A stretch of 64,000 nucleotides of DNA. Source: an uncultured Bdellovibrio sp. (GTDB lineage: Bacteria > Bdellovibrionota > Bdellovibrionia > Bdellovibrionales > Bdellovibrionaceae). Both the position numbers and the translations under genes were made by a program. The DNA lies in the NCBI GenBank assembly GCA_963932905.1, contig CAWVRN010000002.1:256001-320000 (forward strand), in the 5' to 3' direction. Positions 1 to 8,722 of the stretch are shown here, one piece after another; position 1 is the first letter of the stretch, and every line of letters starts with the position of its first letter. The notes under the pieces are model-generated. The model had not been told where the DNA came from, searched no databases, and saw nothing but the letters and a program-made list of their open reading frames with translations.

Positions 1-763
1 GATTTACTTTCACTGGGCTTGTTTGAGGACTTATCAAACGACCTTGTTTTTCAAATTGAGCCACCACCTTTTCATCAGCATGGTAACCTAAAAGTCTTAA
101 CAAACCAATCATGTTGGTATTCGAAGAATTGATTTTAGTGAAAAACGTATTTTGTAAATTTGGATTTGCTTTAATAGCTTTCACTACGGCTTCCATTACG
201 TCTTCATTTAGTTTTGTCAAAAATTCGATAGGGTTTTCCTTGGCTCCTACCACACGAAATATTTCATCAATGCCATCGGCGCCAATAGCGTAAATCCAAG
301 GATCTTGCAATTGTGGTATAGCCCACGGAGTGTTGCTTAAAAAGTCTTGTCCTGCACCGACAACTTTACCATTTTGAATTTTCCAATCGAGGATAGATTC
401 AGCAAAATTATTCAAAGGATCAATTCCCGAATCGATAATGGAAACTGGTACGATAAATTTATCGCCTTCTCTGGCTTTTACCATTTCTACGATTCGGTTG
501 TGTTTGCCTTTTAGAGCGATGAATCGTTCTTGTGCAGTTAGGAAAGATTTAGGTGGATTTACGGTTTTAGTTTTGGGATCTGGAGCGAAAAAGTTTTCTG
601 CTCTTTGAACTTCGATTGGATTATCGACTTCGACGGCCAGCAAATTCAGTTTTTTCTCGACGATGGTCACCGGCTTTTCTGTGACCTTTATTTTTGCATA
701 GCTGTTTAAAGTGAATGAGACTGTGAGTAGTAAGCTTAACAATACGTTGAACCGATTTCGCAT
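1..763 (-). CDS. Secreted S8 (subtilisin-like) peptidase, 3' end truncated by window edge
   Basis: Not in the ORF track. Manual translation from ATG at 763 gives MRNRFNVLLSLLLTVSFTLNSYA (signal peptide) ... VPVSIIDSGIDP, the catalytic-Asp motif of subtilases. The frame stays open to position 1. Confidence 0.7.
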   Translation of the reverse strand, partial: MRNRFNVLLSLLLTVSFTLNSYAKIKVTEKPVTIVEKKLNLLAVEVDNPIEVQRAENFFAPDPKTKTVNPPKSFLTAQERFIALKGKHNRIVEMVKAREGDKFIVPVSIIDSGIDPLNNFAESILDWKIQNGKVVGAGQDFLSNTPWAIPQLQDPWIYAIGADGIDEIFRVVGAKENPIEFLTKLNEDVMEAVVKAIKANPNLQNTFFTKINSSNTNMIGLLRLLGYHADEKVVAQFEKQGRLISPQTSPVKVN

Positions 764-787
764 AGAATCCGCCTTTAGTCTGGGTTT

Positions 788-803
788 TGCAGGATTCGTT
801 CCT
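788..803 (-). promoter_or_regulatory. Possible sigma54 -24/-12 promoter of the S8 peptidase
   Basis: Minus strand AGGAACGAATCCTGCA = GG-N10-GC, about 25 nt upstream of the ATG. Confidence 0.35.
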
Positions 804-893
804 GCCTATATCGGTTTTTAGTCCTTAAACTGTCTACATTTTTGACAGTTCATTGGGGGAATAACTTTTTTTCGCCGACACTCTAGAGTTCTT

Positions 894-920
894 TTAAGTC
901 CGGCTGCGAATTACCGATAA
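894..920 (+). promoter_or_regulatory. sigma28 (FliA)-type promoter
   Basis: TTAAGTCC-N11-ACCGATAA vs consensus TAAAGTTT-N11-GCCGATAA; 9 nt before ATG 930. Confidence 0.6.
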
Positions 921-929
921 ATAGTTAGA

Positions 930-2414
930 ATGTTAAAGAAAAATTCGAATAAGAAAAATTCGGCAGCAGATGATCTACTAAGCTCCTTGCTTGAGGACGT
1001 GGATCAGCTTGATCTTGGTTCCGATGATAAAGAGGAACTCGAGCCGACGTTCTATGGAAGTTCGAATGATTCAGATAAAAAGAAAAAAGATATTTCCGAT
1101 GTTTCTTCTGATTTCTTAATGCCAGCTTTTGAAGCTGAAAAATCAGGAATGAGTGTTGGTCTTAGCACTGGTTCTGATGATGATAGTTCTCCGGATGATT
1201 TCTGGGAACAAGCAGAAAAGATGGCGAATAAAAGTATTAACTTCGGTCAGCTCAATGAATCCGATGAATTCAAAGATCTCGAAAAGAAAAAATCTACTTA
1301 CAAAGGCCCCGAAGCATCCAGTGATTTTCTTGATCAAATCAATGCTCATTTGTCCCCAGTACATAAATCGGGAACTGTAAACACAGGTTCTTCTGACAGC
1401 GTTGGAAAATCGACGTATGATGGTAAATCTATTCCGCAATATGAAGACAGCCGAGCGGAACAAAATGACAGCCGTCTTCTTCAGGGATTGAACCCAGCCA
1501 CCGAGGTCGTACGCGAAATTATATTAGAAAAACCAGAAGTCGTGAATGATGCGACGGTTCCTTTTTCAGCTGTTGACGGTATCGATATTCCTCAAATTTT
1601 AGGTTTGGGTAGCGTAGCGGCCAATACCGATGCGGATAGAACTGTTGCTGTAACTCAGTTCGCGAATAAACAAAATAAATTGAAGAATCAAACGGATCAG
1701 CAGGATTCGCCTCATAAAACTTCGGCAACTTCGCGATTAGACCCTGATATGAACCCGGACGAACGCATCATGCTTGTGACCCAGAAGCCACCGAAGGTGA
1801 ATTCAAGCCAGGTTTCGATCGATGCCAGCTTGGCGCAGGCTGAAAATTTGAGAATGGCTCAAAATCGCATTTTAGATTTAGAAAAAGAAATTGAACGTCT
1901 TCGTCAGGAGAACGACGAAATCTTAACGGCGTCGGAAATCATGCGTACAAAAGCGGAAGAGTACACTCTTCGTCTTTCTAATTTGGAAAAAGAACTAAGT
2001 GAAGGCAAGATTGATTTCAAAAATGAACTAGCTATCGTTAAAGGAACTCTTTCCTTTAAAGAGGCTGACAATCAGAAATTGAAAATGAAAGTCGATGAAT
2101 TAGAATTGCGTATTAAAACGGATTTTAAGAAAATACGTATTCGTGAGCGCGAACTTGAGAATCGTCTAGAATTGGTGAAGGCGGAAAAGCAAGCCATTGC
2201 TAAGTCTAAAGACGAGTTATTGTTAGACTTGCAACGTAAGAACGATCAGGCCAAAGCTGAGATCGATAATTACCGTGAGAAAGTCCAAGAATTAAATAAA
2301 AGTTTAGAAAGTACCCAAAGTCAGATTAAAATGACAGTCAGAGCCCTTCGTATTGCACTTTCGCATATTGAGGACAAATCGGATACTGCAACGCCAATTA
2401 AAAAAGCAAATTAG
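930..2414 (+). CDS. Acidic disordered N-terminus plus long C-terminal coiled-coil protein
   Basis: 494 aa; D/E/S-rich first half, heptad-rich last ~200 aa; operonic with the next gene (2 bp gap). Confidence 0.8.
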   Translation: MLKKNSNKKNSAADDLLSSLLEDVDQLDLGSDDKEELEPTFYGSSNDSDKKKKDISDVSSDFLMPAFEAEKSGMSVGLSTGSDDDSSPDDFWEQAEKMANKSINFGQLNESDEFKDLEKKKSTYKGPEASSDFLDQINAHLSPVHKSGTVNTGSSDSVGKSTYDGKSIPQYEDSRAEQNDSRLLQGLNPATEVVREIILEKPEVVNDATVPFSAVDGIDIPQILGLGSVAANTDADRTVAVTQFANKQNKLKNQTDQQDSPHKTSATSRLDPDMNPDERIMLVTQKPPKVNSSQVSIDASLAQAENLRMAQNRILDLEKEIERLRQENDEILTASEIMRTKAEEYTLRLSNLEKELSEGKIDFKNELAIVKGTLSFKEADNQKLKMKVDELELRIKTDFKKIRIRERELENRLELVKAEKQAIAKSKDELLLDLQRKNDQAKAEIDNYREKVQELNKSLESTQSQIKMTVRALRIALSHIEDKSDTATPIKKAN

Positions 2415-2416
2415 AA

Positions 2417-3538
2417 ATGACTGCCCAAGAAATTGAAAGAAAAACCGAGACGACTCCAAAGAAAATCAAATTGGTGATTAGTAACCTTCATATGGGTAAA
2501 GGTCGTTTTCTTGAAAACGGTGGGATGAATCCGTTAGAAGAGTTTTATTTCAATGAAAAGTTTGTTGAGTACATCAATTACTATTCCAGCGGTATTTACA
2601 AAGACTACGAGGTCGAATTAATTATAAACGGCGATTTCATTAATTTCCTGCAAGTGGATTACAAAGGCCACTTTCTTTCTGTATTGACGGAATCTGTGTC
2701 GCTTGAGCTGCTTAAAAAAGTAGTTAAAGGTCATAAGAATGTTTTTGATGCGCTGGCCTCGTTTGCGGCCAAAGAAAACAAACAGATAACGTATATCATT
2801 GGGAATCAAGATCAGGCGATGTTATGGCCTAGCTGTAAACTCTATCTAAATCAGGTGATAGGCTTTCCAGTCCGTTTTAAAAACATTATGCATTACTTTG
2901 ATGGTTTTCATATCGAACATGGGCATATGTATGATGCAATTAACCGAGTCGATCCTAAAAAGTTTTTTCTTAAAAAGAATTTGCCAGAACCCATATTGAA
3001 TCTACCTATTGGTAGCCATTTTTTTATTGAATTGGTGCTTAAAGTTAAAATGAAGTATCCGTTTATAGATAAAGTGCGTCCATTTAAAAAACTTGTGACC
3101 TGGACTATGTTCAACCATACGAAACTATTTATTTCATCAATTATTGCTACGATTAAATTTATTGTTTCTAACTTTTTCTTTAAGAATAATCCCAGGAAGA
3201 ACTTTTCATTAAAAACGCTATCGAAGATGCTGATTCAGAGCGCATTGTTTCCTGATTTATCGCAATCGGCGCGTCGTCTGTTGAACAATGATAGAATTCA
3301 TACGGTTATTTTTGGCCAATCCCAGGGCTATAAGTATCGCCAATGGGAAATGGACAAGGAGTTTTTCAATGTTGGAAATTGGACAGAGATAACTTCGCTC
3401 GATATTTCATCACTCGGCAAGGTTTCTAAGCTTACTTATGTTCTAATCGAATACCCAACAGACGAGTCACGACCAAGAGCCAGACTAAAAGAGTGGCGCG
3501 GTTATTATCGAATCGAAGAAGACGTCGTAATTAGTTAG
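2417..3538 (+). CDS. Calcineurin-like metallophosphoesterase fold protein with degenerate active site
   Basis: Motif positions VISNLH, NGDFIN, GNQD, EHGH, FGQSQ correspond to DxH, GDxxD, GNHD, HG, GHxH. Confidence 0.8.
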   Translation: MTAQEIERKTETTPKKIKLVISNLHMGKGRFLENGGMNPLEEFYFNEKFVEYINYYSSGIYKDYEVELIINGDFINFLQVDYKGHFLSVLTESVSLELLKKVVKGHKNVFDALASFAAKENKQITYIIGNQDQAMLWPSCKLYLNQVIGFPVRFKNIMHYFDGFHIEHGHMYDAINRVDPKKFFLKKNLPEPILNLPIGSHFFIELVLKVKMKYPFIDKVRPFKKLVTWTMFNHTKLFISSIIATIKFIVSNFFFKNNPRKNFSLKTLSKMLIQSALFPDLSQSARRLLNNDRIHTVIFGQSQGYKYRQWEMDKEFFNVGNWTEITSLDISSLGKVSKLTYVLIEYPTDESRPRARLKEWRGYYRIEEDVVIS

Positions 3539-3548
3539 CACCGACTAG

Positions 3549-3571
3549 CTGGGACTCATGGTCCCAGTTTT
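3549..3571 (+). terminator. Intrinsic terminator-like hairpin
   Basis: CTGGGAC-TCATG-GTCCCAG followed by TTTT. Confidence 0.55.
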
Positions 3572-3616
3572 CCAAAAATATTTGTAGCTTCTATATTTTA
3601 GGGATATTCTTTCTAT

Positions 3617-4534
3617 ATGTCAGGAAAAGACGATACAAACGAAAAAACGATGGTGGCATCGGATACCACCTTAAAAAAAGAATTACTTCGATCCGATAGT
3701 GCTCCTCCGATGCTTGTGGTTCTGATGGGACCGCCGGGATATCAAGGAAAACAGTGGGCGTTGACAGATGCGTTTGTAATTGGCCGTGCAATTGAATCTA
3801 ATGTATTTATCGACGATAAAAGTCTTTCACGATCGCATGCGCGCATCGATATCAAGGGTGACAAAGTTTACGTTGTCGATTTAGGTTCAACAAATAAGAC
3901 AATCGTGAACGGACAAATTCTTCCGCCCATGGTTTTGTGCGAATTAAAAAACAATGATCAAGTTAAAACGGGTAATGTTATTTTCAAGTTTCTAGAAACT
4001 GGAAATATTGAAGGCTTAACAACACAGATGTTGTTCGAAAAAGCGAACCGTGATGCTTTGACTGGCGCGTACTCGAAAGGGGCACTGCTTGAAAAAGGCC
4101 CTGAATCGATCAAGCGCTCTGAGGTTTTGAATGAAGCCCTAAGCGTAATTGTATTTGATATCGATTTTTTCAAGAAAATTAACGACAGCCACGGACATCC
4201 TTGTGGTGACTTCGTGCTAAAAGATATGGCTCGTGTTGTTTCAACAAAACTAATTCGTTCAAACGATTTTTTCGCACGTTATGGTGGTGAAGAATTCGTA
4301 CTGATTCTAAGCGGCACTCCAGACAAGGTAGCTGCAGAGATCGCAGAACGGATTCGTACAACGATCCAAAACCACGAGTTCAAATTCGATGGCAAGATAA
4401 TCCCAGTGACCGTTTCAGTTGGCGTCACCTCAAAACAACCCAACGATACTCAATGGCAATTCATCTTCGATCGCGTGGACAAAGCACTCTACACCTCAAA
4501 ACAAACAGGCCGAAATAAAGTCACCATCGGCTAA
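3617..4534 (+). CDS. dgcB: FHA-GGDEF diguanylate cyclase, Bdellovibrio DgcB type
   Basis: N-terminal tail with EKT motif, FHA motifs IGR/SRSH/GSTN, GGEEF signature, RSND I-site. Confidence 0.85.
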   Translation: MSGKDDTNEKTMVASDTTLKKELLRSDSAPPMLVVLMGPPGYQGKQWALTDAFVIGRAIESNVFIDDKSLSRSHARIDIKGDKVYVVDLGSTNKTIVNGQILPPMVLCELKNNDQVKTGNVIFKFLETGNIEGLTTQMLFEKANRDALTGAYSKGALLEKGPESIKRSEVLNEALSVIVFDIDFFKKINDSHGHPCGDFVLKDMARVVSTKLIRSNDFFARYGGEEFVLILSGTPDKVAAEIAERIRTTIQNHEFKFDGKIIPVTVSVGVTSKQPNDTQWQFIFDRVDKALYTSKQTGRNKVTIG

Positions 4535-4540
4535 AAGGTA

Positions 4541-4599
4541 CCTCCTAACATTCTGGAGCCCGCAGCGTTAAACGCGCTGGATACCAGAATAGTAGGGGG
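4541..4599. other. Long bulged hairpin after dgcB
   Basis: CCTCCTAACATTCTGG...CCAGAATAGTAGGGGG outer stem; CAGCG/CGCTG inner stem. Confidence 0.55.
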
Positions 4600-5088
4600 G
4601 CTCAAGTCGCATCTGTATATAGATAGAGCAATCACGAAAAGACGAAAACGTAAACGGTACCTCAAACGGCTACGCCCAAAGGTTTTCCGGTCCGTCCACC
4701 GTGCACCAGCGTTTCGCGCAGATGCATTTTGGCTCTGTCAAAATTTTTTGCAAAATTAGCTGCGCTCAAGATTTGCCATAAAAAATTCTTATCCCAAACT
4801 GTTCATCTCAAACCAATACAATCTGATTTCCAGTGTCTAGAGTTTATCCAAACTTATACTTATGATTCGGGGTCAATTTGACCTTTTCTCGTTGGCCTTT
4901 GCGTTGCTTAGTAGATAAGCAGAGCGCGGGTTTGAATAAGAGGGCTATTTCCCGCGATCGAGTGAGTAGGCGCAGGTTTCATGAGGTGAATGAAAAAGGC
5001 GGCTAACCACTAGAAAGTAAAAAGGAAAATTTTTTTACTGAAAAAAATAGAAAAAATTAACCTAATTACCAAGTCGAGGGTCTAAACA

Positions 5089-5703
5089 ATGGGAAAAGAT
5101 TTACTAATCTTAACTGACAATGAGCTTGTGCAGGAGATTAAGACAGGAAACCGGAAAGCCTTCTCTGAGATCGTAAAGAGGCACCAAAAATCGTTGCTAC
5201 GTATGTCGCTTCGATTTGTAAAGGATTTAGATATGGCAGAAGACGTAGTCCAAGAAAGCTTCATCAAAGCGTTTGAAAAGCTAAATGCTTTCGAAGGACG
5301 TTCTTCTTTCAAAAGCTGGTTGTTCCAAATCGCAGTAAACACGGCGAAGAACAAACTGCGTGAACGTAGACGAGCAACGACGGATATTGATTCCGTACAG
5401 CTGGCGGTGGGAGCTGTGGCAGAATCATCGCTGGTACACTCGGCACTGTCACAAGAAATACAAGAAGAGATTGATAAGTTACCAACTAAACAACGAACCG
5501 CTTTGATCTTACGAGTATACGAAGATTTAAGCTTTAAGGAGATCGCAGATATTATGGAATGCCCATACGACACAGCGAAAGCTAATTACAGACATGCGTT
5601 GATGAAGTTAAAAGATAGTTTCGAACAAAAATCAGATATGAGTGTATCAGAATCATTTGGTGGTTTTTACTCTGAAGTCGCGCAATACGTGGAGGTTGAA
5701 TAA
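5089..5703 (+). CDS. ECF (RpoE-like) RNA polymerase sigma factor
   Basis: Region 2 AEDVVQESFIKAF..FKSWLFQIAVN and region 4 LSFKEIADIMEC. Confidence 0.92.
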   Translation: MGKDLLILTDNELVQEIKTGNRKAFSEIVKRHQKSLLRMSLRFVKDLDMAEDVVQESFIKAFEKLNAFEGRSSFKSWLFQIAVNTAKNKLRERRRATTDIDSVQLAVGAVAESSLVHSALSQEIQEEIDKLPTKQRTALILRVYEDLSFKEIADIMECPYDTAKANYRHALMKLKDSFEQKSDMSVSESFGGFYSEVAQYVEVE

Positions 5704-5704
5704 T

Positions 5705-6175
5705 ATGAACCCAAGAACTTTACCTCCAGATTTAAAACCGACGGAAAGAATGTTGAAACGACTTGAGGCCGCTGAGCCCGAACCGCAGTTGCCAGAGTCA
5801 GAAGATTATTACCAAATGTTGCATGATAAAATAATGGCGCAGGTGGAAACAAAGGAAATTAAACCGCCGCCTCCGCCGATCAGAAAAACTCAAGCTTTGT
5901 TAAAGCGTCACTGGCGCAACGGATTGTATCTAGTGACGATGAGTGCATTAGCCGCTGTTATCAGCGTGAAAACAGTAGGGAATATTGATACTCAAGTTAA
6001 TCAAAATCATGCCGTAATAAAATTCCAGAATGAAGACCAATTAATAGGTCTATTGAAAGATGCGCCGGAAGTTTTGGACAACACAGTGTTGTCCTCATAT
6101 AACTCTCAAGACTTAATGAGTGATGATCTATATTCAAATATAGACTTGACCAAAGATGTATTCGACTCGATGTAG
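5705..6175 (+). CDS. Putative membrane anti-sigma factor
   Basis: Starts 1 bp after the sigma gene stop; single hydrophobic segment GLYLVTMSALAAVISV. Confidence 0.6.
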   Translation: MNPRTLPPDLKPTERMLKRLEAAEPEPQLPESEDYYQMLHDKIMAQVETKEIKPPPPPIRKTQALLKRHWRNGLYLVTMSALAAVISVKTVGNIDTQVNQNHAVIKFQNEDQLIGLLKDAPEVLDNTVLSSYNSQDLMSDDLYSNIDLTKDVFDSM

Positions 6176-6205
6176 ATTGCTTATATAAATTAACAAACTA
6201 AAAAT

Positions 6206-6242
6206 AGTAATAAGCCCTGAAGTACTTTCGGGGCTTATTACT
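6206..6242. terminator. Strong hairpin overlapping the RBS region of the next gene
   Basis: AGTAATAAGCCC...GGGCTTATTACT, perfect 12-bp stem ending 2 nt before ATG 6245. Confidence 0.65.
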
Positions 6243-6244
6243 TT

Positions 6245-6715
6245 ATGACATACACTAAAACTATTCTTGTTCTATTTTTCCTGAGTTTTTCTGCACTAGC
6301 AGAGGTCGATCGACAGGTTAAAAAATTCGAAGACTTGTTTATTTGGAAAATTTCAGATGAATTGAAACTGACACAAAAAGAAGAAACGATCGTTGCCGAA
6401 ATTGTCAAAGACACTAATAAAAAGAAACAACAGTCGAACGCGGACCTTGAGGCTTTATATAAAAAGCTAAACGAAGAAACGACGGAGTCAGGAAAAAGGA
6501 CGGCCTTTAACAAAATCAGAGCCCTTCATAAAGCGCAGCTGAATATTACTTTAGAAGAATTAGATCGCTTAAACAAAGGTGTAGGATTAAAGCGCCTAGG
6601 TCAGTACTTAGAAGTAAAACGAGATCTTTCAGAGAAAATCAAAAACGTTTGGTCACAAACGGAAAAAAAAGGCGACAAAGTGTTGCCGCCACCCAAAGTT
6701 ATCGAAGAGAAATAG
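6245..6715 (+). CDS. Secreted helical protein, Spy/CpxP-like
   Basis: Signal peptide (ALA), ELKLTQKE motif, all-helical; third gene of the ECF locus. Confidence 0.55.
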   Translation: MTYTKTILVLFFLSFSALAEVDRQVKKFEDLFIWKISDELKLTQKEETIVAEIVKDTNKKKQQSNADLEALYKKLNEETTESGKRTAFNKIRALHKAQLNITLEELDRLNKGVGLKRLGQYLEVKRDLSEKIKNVWSQTEKKGDKVLPPPKVIEEK

Positions 6716-6801
6716 AATTTCCAGGCAGTCAGCCCAGGCATCGGGCAGCCAGACATCTATAAGTATGGACTTAGATTTGATCTGACACTAGTTGAAGTAA
6801 T

Positions 6802-6906
6802 GGCACTTCTAGAAACGAGAGGCGAGGTTTGGAGCTTCGCCGTTCTTTCCTAGGAAGCGCCACAAAAAGCTAAGTGGTGCATGACCAAGTAGCGTATAGA
6901 AGTATT
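6802..6906 (+). repeat. 105-bp inverted repeat, left copy
   Basis: Reverse complement matches 9067-9171 at 104/105 positions. Confidence 0.95.
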
Positions 6907-7039
6907 TGTTTTTGGACCGGATTTTGAATTTGAAAATATAGTGTGAGTTTACGCCAATTGAGCTGGCTCTCTGCAATTTAAAATTGAGACTCAGTTAACA
7001 ACTGAAAAGCAATTTTCGGCTGTATCAAAAGGAGACATT

Positions 7040-8503
7040 ATGTTTGGTAACAAAACTACAATTACCTACGTGATAGTGCTGTTCAGCTTAAACATATTTT
7101 TTTTTGAAAATTCTTTTGCGCGAACCTCCCGAGAAGTGGTTAATGATAAATTTGAAAACGTTGGACTCATTCACAATCGCGGAAAAAATGTATGCACTGG
7201 AACAATCATAAAACATGGAGTTATTTTAACTGCAAAACATTGTTTTGGATCCCGTGAAGTTGGAGAACTTGGCGCAAGTCATCTTTCTGTCTCATTTATC
7301 TCTGCGAGATACCCACTAACAAAAGCTTTCTTAATTAATGGAAATGACATTAAAAGAATTGTTCCCGATACCGGAAACAATGATATAGCCTACATGCTCT
7401 ATGAACCCAAGGCTACTGAAGAAAAAATAGATTTAGTCGTTAGTCAGATTCAGCTTTCTGTTCCAAGTAAAGGAATGCCAGCCTTGATCATCGGCTATCC
7501 AACTCAAACCAATAACCCCGAACATTTATCAAAAATTATTTCAAGAAATTGCTCTTTTGACGGAGTTTCTTCTGAATACACCCAGATGGTTCTATCAAAT
7601 CAATATCACGGCAGACTCTACCAAACTTCCTGTGCCGGTTTTTATGGAAACTCAGGAGGACCAGTCATTATTCGTGACAATTTAAATCGTCTCAAGCTTA
7701 TTGGCGTCGTTGCACATACTTTTTCGGTTGATTCATTCGGCCAGATTCTCGAAAAGAGAATTGAAACAGATCCCTTCGGTCAATACATCGCCGATGCAAA
7801 TGTGTCTTTGCTTTCTGATGCAAAATCACTTTCTAATGTTTTATCCCTCGACATCACGAAAATTCATAACAACGCACTACTGAGTGATGAATTGACTCAA
7901 TTAGGCCCTCTCAGAGAATACAGATCATTTGATTTAGATTCGGATGCTTTTTCATTCTTTTATCCTCAGTTAAAAAAACCTGCATTAGATGAGTCTTTTG
8001 AAACCCAATCTGTTGAAAAAATCTTTCGACGGCGAAGCGAGTACGGTGATGCGAATTTAAACTGTTCCTCACAGTTTAACAGAGTTAAAGTTGCATTTGA
8101 TAACATTATTAAGAAGAACAAGCTGGAATCCAAATTCTCTGACGAAAATTTTTACGTAGCTTTGTCTTGCAACGGCCTGGGACCAGACGCCAACTATAGC
8201 TTTGGAGTTTTATTTCTAACTGGAGAAATCGTAAATCTTATGGATACCGACGGAAAATTAACTTGCTTGATTTCACACGAGTTGAGCCATCGTCTACTGA
8301 AACATGATCGTATTCGAGTTGGGCAAGCCCAGCAAGAGCTAGATGCGGACGCTCTGGCTACAATTTTAACGGTTCGCAGTGGCTATCGCAAACAAGACTG
8401 CCGTGATTTTGTTGGCGAGACTTCAGTTTTTGATGCTCACTTAGACGGGTATCCATCAAGCTTTGAAAGGCTGCTAAATATTAATAGGATGATTTTTCCT
8501 TAG
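7040..8503 (+). CDS. Secreted trypsin-like (S1) serine protease fused to an M48-like zinc metallopeptidase domain
   Basis: Signal peptide; LTAKHC, NDIA, GNSGGP triad motifs; C-terminal HELSH...ELDADA zinc motifs; AAGGAG SD. Confidence 0.85.
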   Translation: MFGNKTTITYVIVLFSLNIFFFENSFARTSREVVNDKFENVGLIHNRGKNVCTGTIIKHGVILTAKHCFGSREVGELGASHLSVSFISARYPLTKAFLINGNDIKRIVPDTGNNDIAYMLYEPKATEEKIDLVVSQIQLSVPSKGMPALIIGYPTQTNNPEHLSKIISRNCSFDGVSSEYTQMVLSNQYHGRLYQTSCAGFYGNSGGPVIIRDNLNRLKLIGVVAHTFSVDSFGQILEKRIETDPFGQYIADANVSLLSDAKSLSNVLSLDITKIHNNALLSDELTQLGPLREYRSFDLDSDAFSFFYPQLKKPALDESFETQSVEKIFRRRSEYGDANLNCSSQFNRVKVAFDNIIKKNKLESKFSDENFYVALSCNGLGPDANYSFGVLFLTGEIVNLMDTDGKLTCLISHELSHRLLKHDRIRVGQAQQELDADALATILTVRSGYRKQDCRDFVGETSVFDAHLDGYPSSFERLLNINRMIFP

Positions 8504-8542
8504 CTTAAACCCCTGGCTATTTTCCAGAGTCGCTTTCGCTAC

Positions 8543-8686
8543 CTGAGCTTTTATGACCAGACGATGCAGGAATAGTTCCAACGTTTAAGCCAATTAGTGC
8601 TATTGAAGATTGGCCAATATTTGCATGAGGCCTGGCTCCACATATCAATAAGATCTTTCCGCGAAAGTCTGGTAACGAAAGCTCAG
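8543..8686. other. Long-range inverted repeat / structured element between convergent genes
   Basis: 8543-8562 CTGAGCTTTTATGACCAGAC vs reverse complement of 8667-8686 CTGAGCTTTCGTTACCAGAC (17/20). Confidence 0.6.
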
Positions 8687-8722
8687 TCGACGACTACAAC
8701 TAAGCATTCAAAACTTAGGGTT

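Noticed and set aside
828..850. Palindrome AACTGTC-N9-GACAGTT and loosely similar GTCT..AGAC-type motifs near 37778, 42648 and 45186 as a shared operator
   Set aside because: Spacer lengths and arms are inconsistent; cannot be supported without genome-wide motif statistics.
4541..4599. Integron attC-like site (TAAC start, bulged hairpin)
   Set aside because: No GTTRRRY core at the far end, no array of such sites and no integrase in the window. The same applies to the 105-bp repeat.
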